DNA of 64,000 nucleotides from an uncultured bacterium (GTDB lineage Bacteria; JACRDZ01): NCBI GenBank assembly GCA_964457585.1, contig CAYWFU010000004.1, positions 13,927 to 77,926 of the forward strand, read 5' to 3'. Shown piece by piece: positions 9,837 to 19,507 of this stretch (position 1 is its first letter; each line of letters starts with the position of its first letter). The notes under the pieces were generated by a model. It saw only the letters and a program-made list of their open reading frames with translations, ran no database searches and was not told where the DNA came from. The position numbers and the translations under genes were made by a program.

Positions 9837-10810
9837 TTAATTTGATAATTTAAAGTAATGTCACTTCCCCCGCGATCCAGTACAACCTGAATCGATGGTA
9901 TTGATTGCAGTTCAGGGTAAAGTACTTGATATAATTCGAACAATTTCTCCGGACTTTCAAGCTTAATCCCATTTATTTCCTTAATAATATCTCCATTCTG
10001 AAATCCCTGTCCTGTTAAAATATTTCCAACGCTTTCCAGATTATTTAAACTATATCCTACAAATTTTCCATTTTCAATATATGGATTTATATCAACTGAA
10101 GCCATAATTTTTTCAATAACCTGATCAACATCTCCGCCCATATTACCTAACATTTCAGAACGATTAACTACAAAAGTTTTTCCCTGTTCATGTGCTAAAG
10201 CAGCTTCCTCTCTTGTAGGATGTGGTTTTTTGCCAGATAAATCAGTTTTTTTATCCGATCTTTGAGACATTGTGCCTATATTCTTTTTATCTTCTTCGTA
10301 TATTGTAAGATATTCAATTCTGTCACCTATTTGCAATGTTACAATATTACGAGCAATATCAATAATTTTGGCATCTGAATCTTTAATAATGTCATTTATT
10401 CTATAAAATTCATCAATTCTCCTGGCTGTATTTTCAATAATTGCAAAAGAATTTTCAGAGATCCCTACTATAGTTCCTTTAAGTTTGAGATTTAATGGTT
10501 TTGGAGGAGGAACAGGTTTGCTTTCAACTTTTATTTCTGGTTTAGGTGGCGGTTGAACTGTTTTTGGCTGAGGAACTTCTTTGATTTCTTCAACTGAAGA
10601 ACAAAATAAATTTCGTTCTTCTATGATTTTATAAAAATTAAATTTGTTATCAATAGATTTATCATCTTTTGTAAATATACGATTAACAGCATATTTTTTA
10701 ACTGTATTTAATCTGGAAGAAAAATAGACTATTCCTGTATCTACTATTACATAAATAAATAATAAAGATAGAAGTACATTAAAAATAATAATATTATACT
10801 TTACATTCAT
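9830..10810 (-). CDS. GspC-like protein: N-terminal TM, Pro-rich linker, C-terminal PDZ domain.
   Basis: TM helix IIIFNVLLSLLFIYVIV. PQPKTVQPPPKPEIKVESKPVPPPKP linker. C-terminal PDZ-like GYSLNNLESVGNILTGQGFQNGDIIKEINGIKLESPEKLFELYQVL. Lies directly upstream of the secretin. Confidence 0.55.
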   Translation of the reverse strand: MNVKYNIIIFNVLLSLLFIYVIVDTGIVYFSSRLNTVKKYAVNRIFTKDDKSIDNKFNFYKIIEERNLFCSSVEEIKEVPQPKTVQPPPKPEIKVESKPVPPPKPLNLKLKGTIVGISENSFAIIENTARRIDEFYRINDIIKDSDAKIIDIARNIVTLQIGDRIEYLTIYEEDKKNIGTMSQRSDKKTDLSGKKPHPTREEAALAHEQGKTFVVNRSEMLGNMGGDVDQVIEKIMASVDINPYIENGKFVGYSLNNLESVGNILTGQGFQNGDIIKEINGIKLESPEKLFELYQVLYPELQSIPSIQVVLDRGGSDITLNYQINQ

Positions 10811-11025
10811 TCTAAAATCACTCCCATAAATTATTAAATATGATTGACTATGTTATTATAATATATTTTACTAAAAAAAGAAACTATGGATTTTAAATAT
10901 ATGTAAAATTAATAAGTGGAAAATTAATAAGTTGACTTAATAAAAGCAATATAATAAAATAATATTAAAGAAATTGTGTATCTCTACTACATATTTGAAC
11001 AAATTGTATAATCAAGGATTAAAAT

Positions 11026-13095
11026 ATGTTAAACAAATCTTTATACCCAGATAAAGGTATAATATTAATATCTTTGATTTTAGCTATTTTATTTTCTTCT
11101 TTAATCTTAATCAGAAGTGATGAAAATAATAAGATAGACCTCGAAAAAAACCTATCTCAAATTAAAAAAGAAAAAGATAATGCTGCACAATTGCATTTTA
11201 AAGGTAATTTCATGGAATCAATAAATTTATATGAATCGATTTTATTAAAATTGCAGTCATTAGAGAATATAAATAAAGAAAAAATAAATAATAGTCAGAA
11301 ATCCGATATTTTAAAATTAAAAAAAGAATTTAACAACTACATCGCAAATGAAGGATTTTATTCATCTGAAAATTTTGAAAGTAATACTGATTTAAAATTC
11401 CCGGAAAAAATAGATAAAATTTTAGGAATAGCATGGTTAAGTCAAAATGATGTTAAAGTTGCTATAGCTTGCAAAGGTAATTCTAACATTGGAGTAGATC
11501 TTATTTTAGGTTATGGATGGAAAGATAATGATGGAACATTTGGTGTTGAACCTATTTCAAGTTTAGAACTTATTCTGGAACCTTCAACTCTTAATGAGGT
11601 GACTTTTATAGGAATACCTAAAAATCTGGAAGATAAAGATATATACAAAATATATACAAATCCTGGGATATTTGTTATTTTATCAGATTCAAAAAAAGAT
11701 ACTCAAAAAATAGAAAAAATAGAAATTCAAGGAATATATAATAATTATATAAATTTTTCCCATCATAATCAATATTATTTTCGTTCGTTATCAATGTTTA
11801 CATTTATTGCAAACTCAATACGGGGGAGTAATAATACAACGGAAGAATATAGATTGTATTTGAAAAAAAAGGCAAATTTATTTTTTAATCCGGCGGAAAT
11901 TGAATTGAAGCTTTCTGATTTAGAAGAAAAAAAACAGAACCTGATGCTTAAAACAGGATGGGTTGTAAAAGATTTTCCAACTGAAATTGCATTAGATATC
12001 CCTCCAATTTCAAAAATAGATTTATTATCTTTTGATAATATGATACTGGAAGTAATAAATAAAGAAAATGAAAATCTGAAATATTTGATCCTGCCGGGAT
12101 TATCCTTTTTTCTTTTAGATAAAACATTAAATATAAAATTAACAGAACAGAATATTTCAAACGAGAATAGTTATGAATTTCTTTTGGAAGACTCTACTGA
12201 TAATAAAATAAAAAATTTGATTACAAAACTAAAATTTAATTATTGGAATATATCACAAAATGCTCAAATTGAATTAATAAAAGCAGGAAAAGATGCAATT
12301 CCGTATTTATTGAAAGAAATAGAAGCAAATTCAAAATTCAGTAAACAGATATTTGAAATAATAGGTAAAATAGGGGATATAGGGATCCCTATTCTTATAG
12401 AATTTACAAATAAAAAAACCGAAGAAATCGATTTGCAATTTTTTGAAGAATTAGCCAGATGTTATAGTTTTATTGGTTCATCTGCAATTAATCCTCTTGT
12501 TGATATTTTGAAGCAGAAAAGTATATCGAAAACTATTTTTGTATGCATGGCTTTGGCTGAAATCAATGACAGAACAAGCGGAAAATACTTAGTTAATACT
12601 ATGAAAGATATTAACAATGGGAGTTTTTTTACATCAGCAGTAGAAAATGAAAATACGTTTGCTGCGCAGGAAAAATATCTTAAATCAGTGGTTATTCATA
12701 CACTTGGTATATTAAAAGAAAAACAGGTTGTTCCCTTGCTTATAACAGCAATACAAAATGATCCAAGTGAAAAAGTTCTGGATGAAATTTCATTTGCATT
12801 AGGACAAATCCAGGATTCAACTTCTATTGATTCTCTTATTTTTTTAGCTGAACTTGGTCATAAAAGAGCTTTTGAGGGACTTTATGAAATGAAAGTTAAA
12901 AAATCGATACCAATTTTCTTGAAAGATTTCAATAGTTATTCTTCTGAAAACCAATTGATAATTGTAAATATGTGCAAGGAAATGGGAGATATAAAATTAC
13001 TTAGTAGATTAATTGAGCTTTCAAATAATGATAAAGTTGAAATGAAAGTCAGAGCAAATCTGGATTTAGCTGTTGAACAGATAGTTGGGAGATGA
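11026..13095 (+). CDS. Membrane-anchored protein with C-terminal HEAT / PBS-lyase-like repeats.
   Basis: N-terminal TM. The C-terminal half has repeated ~30-aa units (IPYLLKEIEAN..., VVPLLITAIQNDPSEKVLDEISFALGQI...). TGA stop. Confidence 0.45.
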   Translation: MLNKSLYPDKGIILISLILAILFSSLILIRSDENNKIDLEKNLSQIKKEKDNAAQLHFKGNFMESINLYESILLKLQSLENINKEKINNSQKSDILKLKKEFNNYIANEGFYSSENFESNTDLKFPEKIDKILGIAWLSQNDVKVAIACKGNSNIGVDLILGYGWKDNDGTFGVEPISSLELILEPSTLNEVTFIGIPKNLEDKDIYKIYTNPGIFVILSDSKKDTQKIEKIEIQGIYNNYINFSHHNQYYFRSLSMFTFIANSIRGSNNTTEEYRLYLKKKANLFFNPAEIELKLSDLEEKKQNLMLKTGWVVKDFPTEIALDIPPISKIDLLSFDNMILEVINKENENLKYLILPGLSFFLLDKTLNIKLTEQNISNENSYEFLLEDSTDNKIKNLITKLKFNYWNISQNAQIELIKAGKDAIPYLLKEIEANSKFSKQIFEIIGKIGDIGIPILIEFTNKKTEEIDLQFFEELARCYSFIGSSAINPLVDILKQKSISKTIFVCMALAEINDRTSGKYLVNTMKDINNGSFFTSAVENENTFAAQEKYLKSVVIHTLGILKEKQVVPLLITAIQNDPSEKVLDEISFALGQIQDSTSIDSLIFLAELGHKRAFEGLYEMKVKKSIPIFLKDFNSYSSENQLIIVNMCKEMGDIKLLSRLIELSNNDKVEMKVRANLDLAVEQIVGR

Positions 13096-13109
13096 AGAAT
13101 TTTACTCTT

Positions 13110-13211
13110 AGGGCTTGCGACGAAATAACTGTAACAATTTAAATATTTTCATGCGTTCCTATATGATTTTTTTTATAATAAATTTGTTACAGTTATTTCG
13201 TCGCAAGCCCT
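13110..13211. repeat. Perfect 28-bp inverted repeat with a 46-nt spacer between convergent genes.
   Basis: agggcttgcgacgaaataactgtaacaa (13110-13137) is the exact reverse complement of ttgttacagttatttcgtcgcaagccct (13184-13211). Confidence 0.9.
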
Positions 13212-13213
13212 TA

Positions 13214-14962
13214 CTAGAGTTTATTTATAATTTTTTCCACCAGTTCATTCAATTGCTTTGGATTAATCAAAGGAATTCTTTCCTGATTATTAGAAATAAC
13301 TGCCACTTCTGAATTTATACGATATGTTTTAACTTTTTTTGCATCTTCTATCATCAAAGATTTTATATCTTCACTCTGGCTTAAAGTTTTGATTATCTGC
13401 GGGTCCATATTTACAGCTTTTATTGGTTCTTCCCAATATGATGAAGTTAAACTTTTAGAACGTATCTGTAAATATTCCATGATTTTTTCCGGGGCATATT
13501 TTTTTATAGCTAATTGTCTCTGTATTTCCTCAAGCTCCATCTGTCCGCGTTTTGATGAAAAATTTTCAGAAGAATTTTGATAAATTATATAATGTATTTC
13601 TAATTTTATTTTTGGAAAACGCTCGTGTATTTTATTAAAAGCGTCAATTATTAAATAAGATTGAGGAGCAAAAGGGGAGATGAAAATATCAATTTGATTT
13701 TCAATCTTTTCCTGCTGAATAAACAATTCAGAAAATTTAATGTTTTCTGTATTCAATAGATATTCGTCATTTGTCTTTTTAAGATAAGCTGATACTGTTG
13801 AAAAATTGCGAGTTTGTTCGATTTCTTTGTTAAAAATAAAAGATGGGATTGAATCTATTTTATGAAGTTCTGCAAGATTTTTACCTGTGTCAGAATTTAT
13901 TGGAATAAAATCAGCTTTTAATCCGGGGAGAAGAGGGTTTAAATAATTCATCACTTGATAATAATCAGGATAGATTGAAGTAGAAGAATACAGGATTTTG
14001 ACAATAACATTGGTATCTTTACTTTTAATGCTGGAGCCTAATTCTTTTGTCTGCTTTTCATGTTTAATCAGCAATTCTTTAATTTCATTATCATCTTCAA
14101 TTTCCTGTGAAATACGAATTTCTTTAAAAGATGAAGAAGGTTTATGAGTTTGGTTTTCTATATGAACATCAATCCTGCCTATTTTTTTTCCCTGAAAATC
14201 AAATTGAACAACAAGAGTATCGTCAATATTTGCAAACATTCCTACGGAAGTTTTTTTGTGTGAATTAATTATTAAGTCAATATTTTTAATTTTTTTAGCT
14301 AATTCTACGTTTAAATCTTCCCCCAGATGACTTAAAATTACAACATAATCAACATTTGAGCGTATTATTTTTACTATATTTTCAACACTTTTGATAGGAT
14401 CTTCAATTTTAATTGTATTTGTCAGTTCGGGTTTGTTTTCAAGAAGTTCAGGAGTTGTGACACCAATAATTCCTAAATTAATACCATTTCTGTTTATTAT
14501 TCTGTATGAAGCAGTAATATTTTTTTTATCAAGATAAAAAAGATTGCATGACAGGGTGGGGAGTTTATGTATCAAATGATTTTTTGCAAAATCAAATCCC
14601 CAGGTAAATTCATCATCTCCAAGTGCTACTGCGTCATAATTCATGAGACGCATAGCTTGAATCATGGTTAATGTGCGAGCTTTATCTTTTATTTCGCCTT
14701 CTGTATATACATCATATTTTGTACCGGCAAAGAAACCTCCTGCATCGAGTAAAAATACTGTGTTTTTTTTTCTTATTTTTTTAATAACAGTGCTTCTTCT
14801 TGAAACACCTCCATCAGGTTCAATCTTGCAATCACAAGGATAAATCATGCCATGAGTTTCTCCTGTGAAAAGTATGGTGAATTTTTTGGGAACAGATTGG
14901 TTTGCAGTAATTGCTGTTTGAAAAGTAATAAATAATATTAGAATAAAAATAAGTTTTTTCAT
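13214..14962 (-). CDS. Secreted 5'-nucleotidase / metallophosphoesterase-family protein, possibly with a degenerate active site, plus a C-terminal uncharacterised domain.
   Basis: Signal peptide. ILFTGETHGMIY, YDAVALGDDEFTWG (GNHEF-like but NH replaced by DD) and LSHLGEDLNVELAKKIKNIDLIINSHKKT resemble the 5'-nucleotidase N-terminal metallophosphatase motifs. Confidence 0.4.
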   Translation of the reverse strand: MKKLIFILILFITFQTAITANQSVPKKFTILFTGETHGMIYPCDCKIEPDGGVSRRSTVIKKIRKKNTVFLLDAGGFFAGTKYDVYTEGEIKDKARTLTMIQAMRLMNYDAVALGDDEFTWGFDFAKNHLIHKLPTLSCNLFYLDKKNITASYRIINRNGINLGIIGVTTPELLENKPELTNTIKIEDPIKSVENIVKIIRSNVDYVVILSHLGEDLNVELAKKIKNIDLIINSHKKTSVGMFANIDDTLVVQFDFQGKKIGRIDVHIENQTHKPSSSFKEIRISQEIEDDNEIKELLIKHEKQTKELGSSIKSKDTNVIVKILYSSTSIYPDYYQVMNYLNPLLPGLKADFIPINSDTGKNLAELHKIDSIPSFIFNKEIEQTRNFSTVSAYLKKTNDEYLLNTENIKFSELFIQQEKIENQIDIFISPFAPQSYLIIDAFNKIHERFPKIKLEIHYIIYQNSSENFSSKRGQMELEEIQRQLAIKKYAPEKIMEYLQIRSKSLTSSYWEEPIKAVNMDPQIIKTLSQSEDIKSLMIEDAKKVKTYRINSEVAVISNNQERIPLINPKQLNELVEKIINKL

Positions 14963-15075
14963 ATAAAAAATCCTTTTATCCAGCTAAATTTAAGTATAGG
15001 AATTTGAAAGTTTAATTATTGAGCCTCATAGATGAGACAACTACAAGTCAACGGTAGTTGCTCGATTTATCGAGC

Positions 15076-15333
15076 CTAATTTATATATTCCATTTCGATC
15101 TTACTATACATATATATATGGCCGCCAATCGTGAATTCAGCTTTATTTCTTTCTGTTATTTTTCCCTCGAATTCATGCGAAGCACGATCTTCAACACCCA
15201 CATATGCTTCGGTTTCTAAAATTTTTCCGGAAAGTTTGGCTCCGTCTAAATTATGAACCAGATATTTACCTAATAATTCTTTCGCAACAGTAACAGCATT
15301 TTGTGAATAAAAGTTTCTTTTTAAAATAATCAT
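15076..15333 (-). pseudogene. mpg: Truncated 3-methyladenine DNA glycosylase (Mpg/AAG family); N-terminal ~85 aa only.
   Basis: FY..AVTVAKELLGKYLV....GKILETEAYVGVEDRASHEF.GKITERN..F..GGHIYMY matches the AAG-family N-terminal block. The ORF stops right after GHIYMY where YGMH.C.N normally follows. Only 113 nt remain before the next gene. Confidence 0.65.
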
Positions 15334-15347
15334 ACTCTACTTTTACA

Positions 15348-16577
15348 TTATATATAATATCTCCAATAATTATCGATTTGTATTACTTTGTCAGCAAACT
15401 TTATATAATGAAGAATATGCTTTTCATAGTTTTGAAATTCTACTTCTGCATGCTGAAAAGCAGCATGGACAGTATAATTACGCTCAAATAAATCGGCTAT
15501 AAATCTTAGTTCTTTTGAATCAGTTGGTGATGCATATACGAAAAATCTTATTTGTGTCAAAGGCACAAGAAGAGGATGGAATGAGTGAATACCATCAAGA
15601 ATTACAATATCTGATAGTCCAACCGTTACCTGAGTCTCTTCATGCGTACCAGTATTGTGATTATACGGTGAATACATAATAATTTCCCCATTACTAACAT
15701 CTTTAATGCTTGTTTTAAGCTTTTCTATATCGTTAGCTTTAGGATCATAACCACTTAAATCACGTGCTTCACGCTCAGTCCTATTTAACATGAACGCATC
15801 AGTTTGAATAAGTCCTATCCTTAACGTCGAATTGATTTTAAATAACTCTTGTTGCAGATGTTGTGCTAGTGTTGTTTTACCTAAACCTGCAGCACCACAA
15901 ATAGCAACAAAAATTATTCGACTTGATAATGCGTATATCTTTAAAACATGATTTGCTAATTCCCTAATAACTTGAAAGTTGTCCGTCTTACGATTTTCTA
16001 AAAGATATTTTTTAAATTCTTGAATTCGATTTCCTTCTTCTATTATCCGTTGTAGGTTCTCTTTTATTTTACTACGAAAATCAAAAAAGTCACGACCAGC
16101 AATCTGTACTAAATTCGATGCTTCATGTGTTCGGTCTAGTATTTTGGGAATAATATTTTTTAATTCAAAGTATAAAAGACGAAGTCCCTTTTTATTGTCA
16201 GTGTATCCAATTGTGTATTCAGTTCTAACGTCGAAAGGCAAGTTATCTAATTTCTGGGAAATAATTATGGTTTTGTTACCTATTGCATGACTTATACCTA
16301 ATTCATAAAAAACATTAGGATTTTGTTGTGATATATCTGCTATAATTAAATCAGACTGTATAATTTCACGGATTATTTTGTCGGGAATATTTTTAGGAAT
16401 AGTATCATCATCAATTCTGTAACATTCAAGATTGAGTTCCTCAACTGAACTCTTAATCACAGTTTTATAAATATAATCATACTTTGGATCAAAACTCATA
16501 ATAACAAAACATTTTTTCTTTTTCATTTGAAACCGCTCCTTATGTTTTTTTATTACATGAATCTTGCACGAAAACAT
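15348..16577 (-). CDS. Fusion protein: N-terminal nucleoside 2-deoxyribosyltransferase-like (Rossmann/SLOG-like) domain plus C-terminal uridine-kinase/phosphoribulokinase-family P-loop kinase domain.
   Basis: N-terminal CFVIMSF...IIADISQQNPNVFYELGISHAIGNKTIIISQ. C-terminal VAICGAAGLGKTTLA (P-loop) followed by a UK/PRK-like core (TDAF...DIVILDGIHSF...RFFVYASPTD...RFIADLFERN). A likely internal start MKKKKCFVIMSF lies at 16526. Confidence 0.55.
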   Translation of the reverse strand: MFSCKIHVIKKHKERFQMKKKKCFVIMSFDPKYDYIYKTVIKSSVEELNLECYRIDDDTIPKNIPDKIIREIIQSDLIIADISQQNPNVFYELGISHAIGNKTIIISQKLDNLPFDVRTEYTIGYTDNKKGLRLLYFELKNIIPKILDRTHEASNLVQIAGRDFFDFRSKIKENLQRIIEEGNRIQEFKKYLLENRKTDNFQVIRELANHVLKIYALSSRIIFVAICGAAGLGKTTLAQHLQQELFKINSTLRIGLIQTDAFMLNRTEREARDLSGYDPKANDIEKLKTSIKDVSNGEIIMYSPYNHNTGTHEETQVTVGLSDIVILDGIHSFHPLLVPLTQIRFFVYASPTDSKELRFIADLFERNYTVHAAFQHAEVEFQNYEKHILHYIKFADKVIQIDNYWRYYI

Positions 16578-16837
16578 AGTTTTTCTGCATAAGCAATAAA
16601 TTTTTTAAATTTATCCCACCTTTTAATTTCAATAATTTTGAATCTCTTTACACTCAACCATCTTTCAACGATATCGACGATATTTAATGGTTCAGAACTT
16701 TTTTATTCTCAAAAAACAACTCAAAAACGTTATCCTTTAGCTATCCTGGCTTTCTTTGATTTCTCTTTTTTTAATTATCTGAAATAGGAGCTTCTTCAAG
16801 TCCTTGAACTTTAGGAGATCCTTCGTCGCTTTGTTCC

Positions 16838-17602
16838 TCAGGATGAGGGGGTTGAAATACCTACATCTTTTATATCAGAATTTGAATCTATGTCATTTTT
16901 CATAATTTTTTTCAATTCATTTATTTGCGGTAATTCATCAAGACTATTCAATCCAAAATAAATAAGAAATTCTTTTGTGGTTCCATATAAAAATGTTCTG
17001 CCAATACCTTCTTTTTTACCTACAATACGAATTAATTTTTTTTCCATAAGCAGTTTTAAGCTGCTGCTCACTCCGACACCGCGTATAGCTTCTATTTCCA
17101 GACGAGTTATTGGTTGTTTATATGCAATAATTGCAAGATTTTCCAGAAGTGAATGAGATATTTTCTTTTCGTATTTTGAGTGAACAAATTTTTGTATCCA
17201 AGGGCTGTATTTATCACGTGTAAAAATTTGATACCCCCCTGCTATTTCAGTAATTTGAAAACTTCTTTCAGTATTATTGTATTCTTCTTTTAATTCATTA
17301 ATGATATTTCGTATGGTTTCAGAATTGATTTTTTGATTTGATAATATATCTTGAGTTTTATCTTCTGACTTTAGATCACTGACTTCTGACTCCTGACTCC
17401 TGATTTCTTCATTATTTGAGGATTCTTTAAATAAATTTTTAATTCTTTGAATAGTTATAGGTTTATCAGATACAAAAAGAACAGCCTCAATAATTCTTTT
17501 AATCTCTTTTAAATCAGGAGAAATATTTTCATTTTTTTGTTCATCCTGCAATTGTTCAGACTGGTTTTCGTTAATATTTTTGTTTTCATTTATTTCTAAC
17601 AT
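16838..17602 (-). CDS. scpB: Segregation and condensation protein B.
   Basis: IIEAVLFVSDKPITIQRI N-terminus. C-terminal wHTH GRTFLYGTTKEFLIYFGLNSLDELP. Low-complexity insert. Downstream of scpA. Confidence 0.85.
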   Translation of the reverse strand: MLEINENKNINENQSEQLQDEQKNENISPDLKEIKRIIEAVLFVSDKPITIQRIKNLFKESSNNEEIRSQESEVSDLKSEDKTQDILSNQKINSETIRNIINELKEEYNNTERSFQITEIAGGYQIFTRDKYSPWIQKFVHSKYEKKISHSLLENLAIIAYKQPITRLEIEAIRGVGVSSSLKLLMEKKLIRIVGKKEGIGRTFLYGTTKEFLIYFGLNSLDELPQINELKKIMKNDIDSNSDIKDVGISTPSS

Positions 17603-17611
17603 AATATGCTC

Positions 17612-18337
17612 CTAATGATTAATGGGATTTGATATCCAGATTTCTCCAAATAATTTTAGCTGCCATGCAACAATTTCTTTACGTTTAATTAATTCCAATA
17701 AAGCTAAAAAAGTTACTACAATTTCTATTTTATGAATACAATTTTCAAATAAGACATTAAGATTAATATCTTTTTTTTCTTTTATTTTTTCAAGTATAAA
17801 ATCAATTTTTTCTTCAATACGATAGACAATTCTATTGATTTCATAAACTTTTTCTTTTAGTCCATCTTTATATATATTATTAAATGCTGTTAGAAGATCA
17901 AATAATGTAGCTTCAAAAGAGATTTCTTCTTTTTTTTCGCTTTCTTCCTGAGTTTGCACAATTTTACATGGGAATAAATTGCTCTGCTCTTTTTCTCTAT
18001 TTTTCAATTTTACAGCTATTTCTTTATATTTTTTATATTCCAGAAGCCGCGATACAAGCTCATCACGCGGATCAGTTGATAGTTCTTCATTAATTGAAAC
18101 CTTTTCAATTGGCAATAACATTTTTGATTTAATATACATTAAAGTTGCTGCCATTATTAAAAATTCTCCGGCATTATTTAAATCCAGAGTTTTTTCAGTA
18201 TTAATATATTCCAGATATTGATCTGTAATACGCGCAATAGGGATATCATAAATATCCATTTCTTCTTTTTTTATTAAATAGAGAAGAAGATCAAATGGTC
18301 CTTCAAAATTTTCGAGTTCAATTTTATAAATTTTCAT
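17612..18337 (-). CDS. scpA: Segregation and condensation protein A.
   Basis: [35 protein letters not shown], the canonical ScpA N-terminus. Confidence 0.85.
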   Translation of the reverse strand: MKIYKIELENFEGPFDLLLYLIKKEEMDIYDIPIARITDQYLEYINTEKTLDLNNAGEFLIMAATLMYIKSKMLLPIEKVSINEELSTDPRDELVSRLLEYKKYKEIAVKLKNREKEQSNLFPCKIVQTQEESEKKEEISFEATLFDLLTAFNNIYKDGLKEKVYEINRIVYRIEEKIDFILEKIKEKKDINLNVLFENCIHKIEIVVTFLALLELIKRKEIVAWQLKLFGEIWISNPINH

Positions 18338-18339
18338 GT

Positions 18340-18975
18340 TTAAAACACCATTGATTTTAATATGTACTGGATTAAATTTATGATAGGAACGAAAAATATA
18401 TCCAGTAATCCTGTATATAATAGAATCATAATTATTATAAATCCATATGGCTCTAATTTGTTATATTGATATGATAGCTTTAGAGGCAGCAATCCGCTTA
18501 CTATTCTTGAACCATCTAAAGGCGGTATTGGAATAAGATTAAAAGCCGCTAATCCAAGATTCATTGTGAAACTTGTTAAAAGAAGCACTTTTAATCCTTC
18601 AAGCTGAAAAAAATTTAACGGGAAAAAAATTTTTATAAATACAAGAGAAATAAAAGCTGCTAACAAATTGGATGCAGGTCCTGCAAATCCAACAAGCGCT
18701 GCATCTCTTCTTGGTTTACGTAAATTAAAATAGTTTACAGGTACAGGTTTAGCATAACCAATTTTAATTGGAGATTTAGCAATTATTAGAAATAGCGGTA
18801 GAAGTATTGAGCCAAATAAATCAAGATGAGGAATTGGATTTAAAGTAATTCTTCCTGCTAATCTCGCAGTTGGATCTCCGCATTTATCCGCCATCCAGCC
18901 GTGACTTGATTCATGTAATACAATTGCAAAAATTAGTACGGGTATTTCAATTATTAAAAATGGATCAAAAGACAT
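18340..18975 (-). CDS. M50 family (site-2 protease-like) membrane metalloprotease.
   Basis: [14 protein letters not shown] (HExxH) within a multi-TM protein. 211 aa. Confidence 0.7.
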   Translation of the reverse strand: MSFDPFLIIEIPVLIFAIVLHESSHGWMADKCGDPTARLAGRITLNPIPHLDLFGSILLPLFLIIAKSPIKIGYAKPVPVNYFNLRKPRRDAALVGFAGPASNLLAAFISLVFIKIFFPLNFFQLEGLKVLLLTSFTMNLGLAAFNLIPIPPLDGSRIVSGLLPLKLSYQYNKLEPYGFIIIMILLYTGLLDIFFVPIINLIQYILKSMVF

Positions 18976-19003
18976 CGTTTTAGTACTCCTATTAATTCCT
19001 AAA

Positions 19004-19495
19004 TTATATCTGCTTTTTTACCCAATTCATAAGCCCGCCGCTGGAAATTATTTCCTGCATAAATGGAGGGAAAGATTGCGCTTTATATTCTTTTTTTGTT
19101 CTGAGATTATAAATTTTTCCTTCTTCAAGATTTACTTCCAGTGAATCTTCTGTTTTAATTTCATCAATCCCTTGAGGAATTTCCAGAATAGGTAATCCTA
19201 TATTAATAGCGTTTCTATAAAATATTCTAGCAAAAGATTTTGCAATTACACATGAGATACCTGCTGATTTTATACATATTGGAGCATGTTCACGTGACGA
19301 ACCGCAGCCAAAATTTTTACCTGCAACAATAATATCTCCGGTTGAAATATTTTTTATAAAATCTTTATCTATATCTTCCATGCAGTGTTTAGCAAGTTCT
19401 TTTGGATCAGATGTGTTTAAATATCTTGCCGGTATTATTTCATCTGTGTTTACATCATCTCTGTATTTCCATGTTTTACCTTTAATTTTTTCCAT
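19004..19495 (-). CDS. leuD: 3-isopropylmalate dehydratase small subunit.
   Basis: [21 protein letters not shown]-terminus. 163 aa. Follows leuC. Confidence 0.85.
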   Translation of the reverse strand: MEKIKGKTWKYRDDVNTDEIIPARYLNTSDPKELAKHCMEDIDKDFIKNISTGDIIVAGKNFGCGSSREHAPICIKSAGISCVIAKSFARIFYRNAINIGLPILEIPQGIDEIKTEDSLEVNLEEGKIYNLRTKKEYKAQSFPPFMQEIISSGGLMNWVKKQI

Positions 19496-19507
19496 TTTTT
19501 TTCTCTC

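Noticed and set aside
14970-15075. Short hairpins (caactac...gtagttg) after the mpg fragment.
   Set aside because: Weak 7-bp stems without a U-tract, in a region that is probably the decayed 3' part of mpg.
17370-17400. Direct repeat ctgacttctgactcctgactcctga.
   Set aside because: It lies within the scpB coding sequence and encodes a low-complexity SQESEVSD linker. It is not a separate element.
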